Source: an uncultured Verrucomicrobiae bacterium (lineage in GTDB: Bacteria > Verrucomicrobiota > Verrucomicrobiia > Chthoniobacterales > UBA10450). Taken from it: a stretch of DNA of 64,000 nucleotides. The notes beneath the pieces were generated by a model, which was not told the origin of the DNA, searched no databases, and saw nothing but the letters and a program-made list of their open reading frames with translations. A program made the position numbers and the translations under genes. Positions 1 to 9,511 of this stretch are shown here, piece after piece. The stretch lies in assembly GCA_963815455.1 (NCBI GenBank), contig CAWFGO010000001.1:1312001-1376000 (forward strand). The letters run 5' to 3'. The first letter of the stretch is position 1. Every line of letters starts with the position of its first letter.

Positions 1-406
1 ATCGGCGAATAAACTTCACTAAATCGATCGCGTGCTTGAACGAGTCGCGCGATTTGTCGTAGGGAACATCGCGGGGCCGATCTCCCCCGAGCGCCAGAAT
101 ATTCGCGATCGCCGCCTTGGCGTATCGACGCAGGATTTCTTCGATCTCTTCTTCATTGTGGCAGATACAAGTCAGGTGAGGGATCGGATCCAAGTTGGTC
201 GTGTGCTGAATCCGCTCGACCAGAGCGTGGGTCAACTGTCGAGTCGAACCGCCGGCACCGTAGGTTACGCTTACGAAGTGCGGCGTGTACGATTCCAGAT
301 CCCGAATCGTCCGATAGAGCGTCTCGGCCGCAGCCGGCGTTTGCGGAGGAAAGAATTCGAACGAAAACGTGGGCGAATGCCCCTTCATTATGTCGGTGAT
401 ATGCAT
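1..406 (-). CDS. metF: 5,10-methylenetetrahydrofolate reductase (5' part, runs off window)
   Basis: Manual minus-strand translation from ATG at 406: MHITDIMKGHSPTFSFEFFPPQT...FVSVTYGAGGSTR...PIPHLTC...NILALGGD. These are hallmark MetF motifs. Not in the ORF track. Confidence 0.93.
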   Translation of the reverse strand, partial: MHITDIMKGHSPTFSFEFFPPQTPAAAETLYRTIRDLESYTPHFVSVTYGAGGSTRQLTHALVERIQHTTNLDPIPHLTCICHNEEEIEEILRRYAKAAIANILALGGDRPRDVPYDKSRDSFKHAIDLVKFIRR

Positions 407-732
407 GCCGCGTCCTTAGTTTCGTTCCTCCTGAGACTTTCGGTCAACTTGCGAAAGCTTTCGAGATCAACTTACCAAGCATGTTTTCGACCAAGCGGCA
501 CTAGATACCCAAGCAACAAGCGAATAACCTTTAACAAGGCTCAATAACTCCCGGGGCGGATCATCGACGCCGCGTTTCGCCAAAGCTCCTGACCTGTTGT
601 TCACACAACAGTTCAGATCATCGTGCAGTCGTGAACTCGGTAGCCTGTGTGGGTTATTCGCAGCCAGAAGATGAAGAAGTATGGCGGTTCAAAAGAAATT
701 AATCTATCAGAAAAACCAATAACTCTGTCTGA

Positions 733-1518
733 ATGCCGAAACACACCAATCTAGGTTGCTCTCAGGACCAGCTTATTTATCAGGGCTCGTGTGCCTTGGG
801 AGTTATGACCAAAGCGCCGCAGCCCAGAATGGTGAAGACCCGCTTGGTGCCACCGCTAACATACGAGGAAGCGGCGGAGCTAAACGCGTGTTTCTTGCGC
901 GATATAAGTACGTCGATTGCCAATTGTTGCAGTATTGGTCAGCGACTTCCGGAAGATGCCAATATTCACGGTCTGGCCATTTATACCCCGGTCGGCGCCG
1001 AATCGGCCTACGAAAGTATTCTGCCGCGGGAATTTCTCCTGATGCCGCAGCGCGGCGATACTTTTGGAGAACGATTAATCCTGGCCGCTGAAGATTTGTT
1101 TGCCACCGGGTTTGCTTCCGTCTGTCTAATCAATTCCGATAGCCCCACCGTTCTTGCCTCGAGTTTTGCCGAAGCCGTGAGCGAATTGGTCAGGCCCGGC
1201 GATAGAGTAGTCCTCGGTCCGTCGGACGACGGCGGATATTATTTGATTGGGCTCAAGCAGCTGCATCGAAGATTATTTGAAGAAATAGATTGGAGCACCG
1301 AACGCGTTTTTGAGCAGACGAAACAACGCGCGAACGAGCTTGGACTAAGCGTTCACGAATTGCCGGCTGGGTTTGATGTCGATGATCGCGGAAGCTTGAT
1401 ACGGTTATGCAACGAACTGCTGGGCGCGAACGCGTCTGGCGGTGTCGCAGCGCATACTCGGAGATTCCTACGTGAAATCATCGAGCGCGAAGGCCGCGAT
1501 CGGATTTGGCCTGAATAG
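733..1518 (+). CDS. DUF2064/TIGR04282-like GT-A fold nucleotidyl/glycosyltransferase
   Basis: Motifs MTKAPQPRMVKTRL, QRGDTFGERL, INSDSP, VVLGPSDDGGYYLIG, IDWST, DVDD. Confidence 0.85.
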   Translation: MPKHTNLGCSQDQLIYQGSCALGVMTKAPQPRMVKTRLVPPLTYEEAAELNACFLRDISTSIANCCSIGQRLPEDANIHGLAIYTPVGAESAYESILPREFLLMPQRGDTFGERLILAAEDLFATGFASVCLINSDSPTVLASSFAEAVSELVRPGDRVVLGPSDDGGYYLIGLKQLHRRLFEEIDWSTERVFEQTKQRANELGLSVHELPAGFDVDDRGSLIRLCNELLGANASGGVAAHTRRFLREIIEREGRDRIWPE

Positions 1519-1563
1519 AGTCGGCCGCTTGCTCGCCAGCGCGAGCGCCTCTAGAAGAAATGG

Positions 1564-2690
1564 ATGCCTAAACGCGCGCTCGTCACCGGTGGCGCGGGCC
1601 TGATTGGTTCGCATGTCACCGACTTGCTCGTGCGCGAGGGCTGGCAGGTTCGCGTGCTCGACAATCTTGAGCCGCAAACGCACCGCCGAGGCAAGCCGCC
1701 TTGGATCAACTCGGATGCGGATTCATCGAAGGCGATCTAAGAGATCGCGACACGATGGCGGCTGCGCTCGACAAGATCGACATCGTCTTTCACCAGGCCG
1801 CCTACGGCGGCTATATGCCCGAGATCGCGAAATTCGTCCAGGTCAACAGCTTTGGCACAGCGCAGATGCTGGAAGTGATTCGTGAAAAAAACCTGCCGAT
1901 TAAAAAAATTGTGGTCGCCAGCTCTCAGGCTGTTTACAGCGAGGGCGCCGGCGAATGTTCGACCCACGGATTGGTTTTTCCGAACGTTCGGCCGATCGAA
2001 CAACTTCAAAATGGCGATTGGGAAGTGCATTGCCCGATTTGTGGCGCGATCACCAAGAGCGCGCCGACTCCAGAGAATGCACCGGTCGGCGGAGAGACTG
2101 TTTACGGTCTAACGAAAGTCGATCAGGAGCGGCTCGTCTTGATCTGGGGGAAACAAACAGGCATTCCGACCGTGGCCTTGCGGTACTCGTGCACCTACGG
2201 GCCGCGTCAGTCGATCTTCAATCCATATACCGGCGTGATAGCCATCTTTTGCACGCGGCTGCTTAATAATCTGCCGCCGGTTCTTTACGAAGACGGTGAG
2301 CAGACACGAGACTTTTCCTTTGTCGAAGACATCGCCCGGGCCAACTTGCTCGCCGCCGAAACGGACAAGCTGGACGGGTTACCGGTGAACGTCGGCAGCG
2401 GGCGCGGGGTGCCGATCCGCGAGATCGCCGAACAGGTTTCGCTCGCACTCAGGATCGACATCGCGCCCGAACTGAACGGCGAATTTCGCCCGGGCGAGAT
2501 GCGGCATCTCACCAGCGACACGACGCGCATTCGCGCCGTTGGCTACAAACCGGCGGTCGATCTGGCCGAAGGGATTCGGCGTTACATCGACTGGATTCAG
2601 ACACAATCGGACATACGCGATTATTTCAGCGAAGCGGCCGCGATCATGCGAAACAAAGGAATTGTGCACCGTAGAATGGTGTTGGAATAA
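1564..2690 (+). CDS. NAD-dependent epimerase/dehydratase (extended SDR); one -1 indel near 1722
   Basis: Starts MPKRALVTGGAGLIGSH (Rossmann motif) at 1564 and continues in the 1701..2690 frame (YGLTK catalytic YxxxK, YGPRQ, GEQTRDF). Adding one T in a T run joins the frames. Confidence 0.88.
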
Positions 2691-2694
2691 CGCC

Positions 2695-3711
2695 ATGGAC
2701 GTCGCAGCCAGCATTCCTGATTTCAACGCGCCGGTCCTAGCGCATTCACGGAAGGATTTTCCGCTGCTTAACATCGACATGACGGTGGGCCAAGCGCTGG
2801 AACAGATCCGGCGCGAAGGCGTGGGCGAGCGCGTGATTTATTTCTTTGCCGTTGATGCGGAGAAACGACTGGCGGGAGTCTTGCCTACGCGACGGCTGCT
2901 CACCGCGCCGTTGGAGACGCCGCTGCGCGATATCATGGTGAGCCGGGTGATCGCCATTCCGGCGACTGCGACTGTCCTCGACGCCTGCGAGTTTTTCGTT
3001 CTCTACAAATTTCTCGCTTTTCCGGTAGTGGACGCGCAACGCCACGTCGTCGGCGTAATCGATGCCAATCTTTTCACCGAGGAAATTTTGGAAGCGGGCG
3101 AGCACGAAGATCGACATCGTCCGGCCGCGCCGGTGCGCGATGAATTTTTCGAAGCGCTCGGGTTTCACCTCGAACAGATTCGGGGCGCCTCGCCGTGGCG
3201 GATTTTTCGTTACCGATTTCCGTGGCTGCTGGCGACTGTCGGCGGTGGCACAATCTGCGCACTGGTCGCGGGTGCTTTCGAGGCGACGCTGGCGCGAAGT
3301 TTGATCATCGCATTTTTTCTGACGCTGGTGCTGGGCTTGAATGAAAGTGTTGCCATGCAATCGATGAGCCTTACGATTCAAGCGCTGCGCTCGATGCCGG
3401 TCACCTGGCAATGGTTTGTCGTAGCTTTCCGGCGCGAAATTACGACCGCGCTCCTGCTGGGCCTTGCTTGCGGCACTCTTGTCGCCGCGGTCGTTTGGGT
3501 TTGGCGCGGCGATCCGCAGGGCGCCTACGTCATTGGCGGAAGCATCGCACTTTCGTTGCTCATGGCTTGTCTGCTCGGGCTCGGGATCCCGTCATTGCTG
3601 CATCGATTTAAGCTCGATCCAAAGATCGCCGCCGGCCCGATTACTCTGGCCCTGGCCGATTTGTCCGCGCTTGTCATCTATTTCAGCAGCGCCTGGCTGC
3701 TTCTGAGATGA
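2695..3711 (+). CDS. mgtE: MgtE-family divalent cation transporter (CBS pair plus membrane domain)
   Basis: CBS domains, RFPWLL motif, about 5 TM helices, and DPKIAAGPITLALAD retaining the conserved Asp. Confidence 0.82.
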   Translation: MDVAASIPDFNAPVLAHSRKDFPLLNIDMTVGQALEQIRREGVGERVIYFFAVDAEKRLAGVLPTRRLLTAPLETPLRDIMVSRVIAIPATATVLDACEFFVLYKFLAFPVVDAQRHVVGVIDANLFTEEILEAGEHEDRHRPAAPVRDEFFEALGFHLEQIRGASPWRIFRYRFPWLLATVGGGTICALVAGAFEATLARSLIIAFFLTLVLGLNESVAMQSMSLTIQALRSMPVTWQWFVVAFRREITTALLLGLACGTLVAAVVWVWRGDPQGAYVIGGSIALSLLMACLLGLGIPSLLHRFKLDPKIAAGPITLALADLSALVIYFSSAWLLLR

Positions 3712-3785
3712 GAGTCGTGGCATCGGCATCCTGACGATGATCTGCTTGCGCACAACTTGATCACGAGCGAGACGCTCGTGCCACC

Positions 3786-4493
3786 ATGTCCGTCTCGGTC
3801 GTAATCCCGGCGCTGAACGAGGAAGCGACCATTGCCAGCGTGGTGCGCGACGTCGCCGTCACAAGAATTCCCGCTGACATCATCGTGGTCGACAACGGCA
3901 GTACTGATCGGACAGCGGAACGCGCTCGTGAAGCCGGAGCGCGCGTTGTTAACGCTCTGCGCGGGTACGGACGCGCTTGCGCGGCTGGGGTAGCCGCGCT
4001 CCAGTCCGGATCCGACATCGTTGTCTTTCTCGACGGCGATGGCAGCGATTGCCCGGAGTTCCTCCAGCAACTTGTCGATCCTATCCTTGCCGGCACGCAC
4101 GATTTCGTGATCGGCTCGCGCACCCGCGGCCAACGCGAGCCCGGCAGCATGAATTTTCAGCAGATTCTTTCCGGACGATTGGCCGGATGGCTGATGTCGA
4201 TCTTGTACGGCGTTCGTTATACCGACATGTGCCCATTTCGCGCGATCCGTCGCGACGCGATCGAGAAGCTTGGTATGCGCGAACAAACCTATGGCTGGAA
4301 CCTGGAGATGCAGATGAAAGCGGCGCGCGCCGGCTTGCGCATTCTCGAAATTCCCGTGAATCATCGTTGCCGCGCCGGAGGCGAATCGAAAGTTTCGGGG
4401 ACGTTGAGCGGGACATTCGTCGCCGGTGCGCGCATCGTCACGACGCTTTTGCGCATCGCTACAGAAAGAAAGCCACGGATGAACACAGATTGA
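3786..4493 (+). CDS. Glycosyltransferase family 2 (DPM1-like)
   Basis: VVIPALNEE, VVDNGSTD, GYGRA, FLDGDGS, VIGSR, SKVSGT. Confidence 0.9.
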   Translation: MSVSVVIPALNEEATIASVVRDVAVTRIPADIIVVDNGSTDRTAERAREAGARVVNALRGYGRACAAGVAALQSGSDIVVFLDGDGSDCPEFLQQLVDPILAGTHDFVIGSRTRGQREPGSMNFQQILSGRLAGWLMSILYGVRYTDMCPFRAIRRDAIEKLGMREQTYGWNLEMQMKAARAGLRILEIPVNHRCRAGGESKVSGTLSGTFVAGARIVTTLLRIATERKPRMNTD

Positions 4494-4598
4494 CACAGAT
4501 TTTCGGCTACCAGATATTGCAAGTCTCTCCTTCCGATCCGTGTTTCATCCGCTTGCCAAGCCGTAGTTTCAGACGAAGGCTGGTGTTAATCTGTGGCT
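4471..4598. repeat. Palindromic REP/MITE-like element (type 1)
   Basis: Ends AGCCACGGATGAACAC and GTGTTAATCTGTGGCT are inverted repeats (14/16 match), with internal ACACAGAT units. The element overlaps the last codons and stop of the GT2 gene. Confidence 0.7.
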
Positions 4599-4613
4599 GA
4601 AGAAAGTCGTTCT

Positions 4614-6203
4614 ATGACTTCCACTAGCGAAATGCCGCCTGGCAAAGCAATTGCGGCCGGCTTGCTCGCCGGGCTCGTAGCGGCCATGGCAATCACCGTT
4701 GCAATGTTGCTGCTTGCTTGTTTCGGCGTGGCTACGCCGCTCTTCATTATCGGTGATCGGCTTTCCGTTTTCGTTCCGCCCGGGCCGTTCCTGTCGATCA
4801 TGGGAAAGGTCGGCGGATACAATCATCTAAAACAGCTCGGTGTAGGATCGACAATGGCCGGTCAGTTGTTAGTCGGCGCGATTGGTGGCGGCATTTTCGG
4901 TTTGTTTACGCGACGTCATCCGGCTCGACGCGCGATGCTTTGGACGATGTCGATCTTCGTGGTTCTGCCGATCATCGCTGCCGCCATTATGCTCGGGCCG
5001 GTGCTGGGAACGAGCTATCGCGGTCTGCCGATCGATGTTGCGAGGCTGGTCACGCTGGCGGGATTCGCGCTCTCTGTTTTCATTTTCGAGCGGACGTTCG
5101 TTGTCGGCTTCCAGTTTTTGATCGGGCCGCGGTCGGCGCCCGCGGCTACAACCAAGACCGGCGCTAATAGCGAATTCACACCGGCGATCGGCCGGCGCGC
5201 GTTCGTGCTGGGCGCCGTTGGGGTCGCGTTAGGGGGAGGCGGGGTCGCATTGGCCAGGAAACTTTGGCGCGTCGCGGCGTTCAGCTATGACGGCACACAA
5301 TACAAAGGCCGAATCGTTCAGCCGATCACACCTAACGATTTGTTTTATTGCGTGACCAAGAACGTTGTCGATCCCACGGTAAATCTCGATGTCTGGCGGC
5401 TCGAGGTTGGTGGGCTGGTTCAAAATCCGGCGACGTGGCATCTGCGGGATCTGCTCGGCTTCGAGGCGCGCGAGCAGGAGACGACGCTGATGTGCATCAG
5501 CAACGGGTTGGATGCGGGACTGATCAGTAACGCGCGTTGGAAAGGGCTGACGCTGCGCGATCTGCTCGATCAGGCCGGACCGCTTCCGAACGCCGCCCGG
5601 GTGCGTCTTCACGGCGTCGATAATTACACCGACACGATCCCCTTGGAGAAAGCGATGGATATCTCCACGCTGCTCGCTTACGAAATGAACGGTGTTCAGT
5701 TACCCGACCGGCATGGTTATCCATTGCGCGTGATTGTCCCGGGTTACTTTGGCGAGAAACATGTGAAATGGCTCACCCGTATCGAGCTGGTGACGGCCGA
5801 TGCCAAAGGCTTTTACGAAAAACAAGGCTGGGGACCAGATTTTATCACGCCGACCAGATCGAGAATCGACGTGCCCGATTACGGATCGCAGTTCTCGTTA
5901 GGGCAATTGAACGGGCCGATTGAAGTGAAAGGCATGGCCTACGGCGGCAACCGCGGCATCTCCCGAGTGGAAATGAGCTTCGACGACGGCGAGACCTGGA
6001 ACGAGGCAAAGATCGATTATCCCGGAACAAAGTTGACCTGGGCGCTCTGGAGTTACGATTGGCAACCGCAGCAAGCCGACGATTACACGCTGGTCGTCCG
6101 CGCGACTGACGGCGAGGGTAAAGTCCAGGATGTGGATTGGAACCGCAGCTTCTTCTCCGGTGTGACTGGTTTTCATAAGATTTTTGTGCAAGTAGCCACG
6201 TAG
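4614..6203 (+). CDS. Membrane-anchored molybdopterin-dependent oxidoreductase (sulfite oxidase family)
   Basis: ITPNDLFY, TLMCISN (Mo-ligand Cys), LAYEMNG, HGYPLRVIVPGYFGEKHVKWL, and a C-terminal Ig-like dimerisation domain. There are 4-5 N-terminal TM helices. Start is uncertain (4593 GTG or 4614 ATG). Confidence 0.88.
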   Translation: MTSTSEMPPGKAIAAGLLAGLVAAMAITVAMLLLACFGVATPLFIIGDRLSVFVPPGPFLSIMGKVGGYNHLKQLGVGSTMAGQLLVGAIGGGIFGLFTRRHPARRAMLWTMSIFVVLPIIAAAIMLGPVLGTSYRGLPIDVARLVTLAGFALSVFIFERTFVVGFQFLIGPRSAPAATTKTGANSEFTPAIGRRAFVLGAVGVALGGGGVALARKLWRVAAFSYDGTQYKGRIVQPITPNDLFYCVTKNVVDPTVNLDVWRLEVGGLVQNPATWHLRDLLGFEAREQETTLMCISNGLDAGLISNARWKGLTLRDLLDQAGPLPNAARVRLHGVDNYTDTIPLEKAMDISTLLAYEMNGVQLPDRHGYPLRVIVPGYFGEKHVKWLTRIELVTADAKGFYEKQGWGPDFITPTRSRIDVPDYGSQFSLGQLNGPIEVKGMAYGGNRGISRVEMSFDDGETWNEAKIDYPGTKLTWALWSYDWQPQQADDYTLVVRATDGEGKVQDVDWNRSFFSGVTGFHKIFVQVAT

Positions 6204-6267
6204 GTCCAAAGCGGCAGTGCTCTGCCGCTTTTATCGGATAGCCGCGCCGACGCCGAACAACAGACTG

Positions 6268-7062
6268 CTATTTCTGACACTGCGTACACCACGCCGTGGT
6301 TCGCCCGCCAATCGTCGCGTGACGAAGATGCCCGCGGTGCTTCGGGCAAACACCGTTGCGTTTCCATTTTTGGTGGATTAGCCAGCTCTTCGGCGGGTCG
6401 GAGAAATCTTTGCCGAGAGTTTCCAGCGATCGTTTCACGACGAACTTTGTCGAGTGAAAAATCGCGGCGCGCTCACGGGTGGTCAGTTTTCCACTTCGCT
6501 TCGATGGCAAGACTTTTGCCCGCCAGAGAATTTCATCGGCCATCCAATTGCCGATTCCTGGGAAACCGTCTTGCATGAGCAGGATAGCCTTGATCGGCGC
6601 TTGGCGATGTCGGTCCAGGAACTCGTCGAAAAATTCCTGATCGAATTCTTGCGAGTTGAGCGCAGGCGCCTCGCGCTTCCACCAATCTGGCTCTTTCGAT
6701 CCGCGATGAAAACGGACGTGTCCGAGCTGGCGTGGGTCGGTGAAGAGGAGCGCGCGTTTTTTTTGATGCAACACCAAGTGATCGTATTTGCCCGGGCGGA
6801 AATCGCGCGCTGCCACGTGCGTTTTGCCGGTCATGCCGAGGTGGATGCCGAGCCAGTTGTCGCGGGAGAACTTGAAGAGCATCTGTTTTCCATGAGTTGT
6901 CGATCTTAGCAATTTTTCGCCGACCAGATTCTTGCGAAGCTCGTCCGTGCTCGTTCCGCGGAAGACGTATTTGCCGGGGTGCAGGCTAACATCGACAACT
7001 TCGTCACCGCGGCCGGGGTCCCATTGTTTGCGATACCATTCGACTTCGGCCAGCTCGGGCAT
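6268..7062 (-). CDS. Fpg/Nei family DNA glycosylase
   Basis: N-terminal MPELAEVE, HLGMTG, H2TH motif GIGNWMADEILW, and a C-terminal zinc finger CPKH...WCTQCQ. Confidence 0.92.
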   Translation of the reverse strand: MPELAEVEWYRKQWDPGRGDEVVDVSLHPGKYVFRGTSTDELRKNLVGEKLLRSTTHGKQMLFKFSRDNWLGIHLGMTGKTHVAARDFRPGKYDHLVLHQKKRALLFTDPRQLGHVRFHRGSKEPDWWKREAPALNSQEFDQEFFDEFLDRHRQAPIKAILLMQDGFPGIGNWMADEILWRAKVLPSKRSGKLTTRERAAIFHSTKFVVKRSLETLGKDFSDPPKSWLIHQKWKRNGVCPKHRGHLRHATIGGRTTAWCTQCQK

Positions 7063-7102
7063 TTCGCAGATTACGCGAGCGCGCTATCGCGGCAATTTCC
7101 TG

Positions 7103-7236
7103 TCTGGGGAGCACAGGCCGCTGGCCTGTAGGTCTGGGCAGCTTGCCGAGACCCATCCAAGGCGTCAGGCAATGTCGAAGGAGATGTTGCCGGCAAGCTG
7201 CCGGCAACTGCAGGCTGGCAGCCTGCGCTCCCCAGA
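7103..7236. repeat. Palindromic REP/REPIN-like element (type 2)
   Basis: TCTGGGGAGCACAGGC...GCCTGCGCTCCCCAGA terminal inverted repeats, with internal palindromes (CAGGCTGGCAGCCTG; TTGCCGGCAAGCTGCCGGCAA). Lies between divergent fpg and trxB. Confidence 0.75.
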
Positions 7237-7298
7237 ACGCCAACCCTTCGGCGTCGGTGCTACGCTTTGCCGACTTGCGCAGCGTGCTAGATTTACTC

Positions 7299-8222
7299 AT
7301 GGAGAAAGTGATCATTGTCGGAAGCGGCTGCGCCGGGTTGACCGCGGCGATTTATGCCGCGCGCGCGAATTTGAGCCCGCTTGTGCTGGAAGGGCGCCAA
7401 CCGGGCGGGCAGCTTTCGACTACAACTTTGGTGGAAAATTTCCCCGGATTTCCCGATGGCATTGACGGTCCGCAGCTGATCATGAACATGCACAAGCAGG
7501 CCGAAAACTTCGGCGCGCGTTTCTCCTACGCCGAGGTCACGGAATTCGATTCGAGCAACAAACACATTCGGATCAAAGCGGACGACGATTGGCTGGAGAC
7601 GCGGGCGCTTATCATCGCCAGCGGCGCTTCAGCGCGATGGCTTGGACTCGAGGACGAAGAGAAACTGGTCGGTCACGGACTAACGAGCTGCGCGACATGC
7701 GACGGCGCATTCTACAAGAACGTGCCGGTCTGCGTGGTTGGTGGCGGCGATTCGGCGGCCGAGGAAGCGCTGTTTCTCACCCGATTCGCCTCGAAAGTTT
7801 ATCTGATTCATCGCCGCGACAAAATGCGGGCATCGAAAATCATGGTCGATCGCGTGCTGGCGAACAAAAAGATCGAGCCGATCTGGAACACGGTCCTGAG
7901 GAAATACATTCCCGATGAAAAAGGCGAGATGCGCGCGGTTCGGTTGCATGATGTGAAAACGAACGAAGAGCGCGAGCTGCCGGTGGCATGTGTGTTTGTG
8001 GCGATCGGGCACGATCCGAACACGAAGGCATATCAAGGCAAACTCGAGACCGACCCAGATGGTTACTTAATCGCGAAACATCTGGCCGAAAGCCAGCACC
8101 CGGGTGTTTTCATCGCCGGCGACGTGGCCGATCGTGTTTACAAGCAGGCCGTGACCGCAGCCGGCTCCGGATGCGCGGCGGCGATGGAGGCGGAGAAATA
8201 TCTCAGCGAGCTCGAGGAGTAA
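7299..8222 (+). CDS. trxB: Thioredoxin-disulfide reductase
   Basis: GSGCAGLTAAIY, GGQLSTTT.VENFPGFP, CATCDG redox motif, GGGDSA, QAVTAAGSG. Real start is ATG 7299. Confidence 0.95.
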   Translation: MEKVIIVGSGCAGLTAAIYAARANLSPLVLEGRQPGGQLSTTTLVENFPGFPDGIDGPQLIMNMHKQAENFGARFSYAEVTEFDSSNKHIRIKADDDWLETRALIIASGASARWLGLEDEEKLVGHGLTSCATCDGAFYKNVPVCVVGGGDSAAEEALFLTRFASKVYLIHRRDKMRASKIMVDRVLANKKIEPIWNTVLRKYIPDEKGEMRAVRLHDVKTNEERELPVACVFVAIGHDPNTKAYQGKLETDPDGYLIAKHLAESQHPGVFIAGDVADRVYKQAVTAAGSGCAAAMEAEKYLSELEE

Positions 8223-8237
8223 ATGGCCAATCTCTTC

Positions 8238-8330
8238 TGTCATCCTGAGCGAAGCGCAGCGTAGTCGAAGGATCCCGTTGCACCACGTCTGGGATGGCTA
8301 CGGGATTCCTCGACTTCGCTCGGAATGACA
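8238..8330. repeat. Palindromic intergenic element (type 3, TGTCAT...ATGACA)
   Basis: TGTCATCCTGAGCGAAG...GTCGAAGGATCCCGT pairs with ACGGGATTCCTCGACTTCGCTCGGAATGACA, forming a long imperfect hairpin that ends 1 nt before the next ATG. Confidence 0.75.
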
Positions 8331-8331
8331 A

Positions 8332-9511
8332 ATGAAAATCTGCGATCTCACTCAATTTTATTCTCCGCTCAGCGGCGGGGTGAAACGGTATGTGCACGAG
8401 AAGATCGCCTACATTCAGGAATATTCGCCGGATGACGAGCATGTTCTGGTTGTTCCTGGAGAAAAAACCGAGCTGACGACGAGCGAGCGGTCGCGAATTT
8501 ATTCGATCCACTCGCCTCTGCTTTCGCGCACATCGCGTTATCGCGCTCTGCTCAATCTGCGCGCGGTCGAAGAAATTCTGGAGCGTGAACGGCCAGACAT
8601 GATCGAGTCGAGCGATCCGTATCAGATTGCCTGGAAAGCAATCGCTTCCGGACGCGCGCTCGGGATTCCGGTGCTCGGATTTTATCATTCCCATTTTCCG
8701 GAAGCGTATTTGCGAAGCGCAGCAAAATTTCTTGGACAAACGGCAACCGAGGCGGTGATGGATTTCGCCGCGCGCTACGTCCGCAACCTCTACAATAAAT
8801 TCGAAGTGACGCTCGTGCCCTCGGAAAACCTGGCAACGGTGTTGCGTAATTGGGGCGTCGATAATGTACGCGTAGTGAAACTGGGCGTTAACATCGACAT
8901 CTTTAATCCGGGCACGACGAGCAACGAGGGCACGCGCATTTCGCTGGGCGTGGCCAGCGATCAAAAAATGCTTTTATATGTTGGCCGGCTGGCCAAAGAG
9001 AAAAACACTCAACTCTTGTTTGAAGCTTTCGGACTGCTCGAACAACGCCGTCCCGGCGATTTCCATCTTGTTGTGGTTGGCGACGGTCCGCATGGCGGCG
9101 AATTGGAGAAATTGCAGGAAAAAACCGACGGCGCGGTTTCGTGGATCCGGTACTGCACGGATTCGGTCGATCTCGCGCGCTACTATCGCGCGGCCGACTT
9201 GTTCGTTCATCCCGGAGTTCAGGAAACATTCGGGCTGGTCGCGTTGGAAAGTCAGGCCTGCGGCACGCCGGTGGTGGGAATTCGCGGCAGTTACATGGAC
9301 CGGATTATTTTTCACGAACAGGAATCGTGGGCTCGCGAGAACACGGCGACAGCGCTGGCCGATGCGATTGAAGAATGGAGCACGAAGAAGTTGTCGATCC
9401 TGGGGAAGACCGCCGCGCGAGCCGCCGGGGAGCCTATATAGCTGGCCCCGCGTGTTCGATGAACTGTTTTGCATTTATCGCGAGGTGCGCGCACACTACC
9501 GCCGTTCATGA
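8332..9511 (+). CDS. Glycosyltransferase family 4; one +1 indel in the G run near 9427-9430
   Basis: GGVKRY, LLYVGRLAKEKN, ETFGLVALESQACGTPVV. Removing one G gives the typical YSWPRVFDEL end, with an ATGA overlap onto the next gene. Confidence 0.88.

Noticed and set aside
32..547. 171-aa plus-strand ORF
   Set aside because: Antisense shadow of metF, which has clear motifs on the minus strand.
407..732. SAM/SAH riboswitch upstream of metF
   Set aside because: I could not find the conserved core sequences by eye; an Infernal scan would be needed.
7143..7298. Cys-rich N-terminal extension of TrxB in the ORF track
   Set aside because: It is translated palindromic-repeat sequence; homology begins at ATG 7299.
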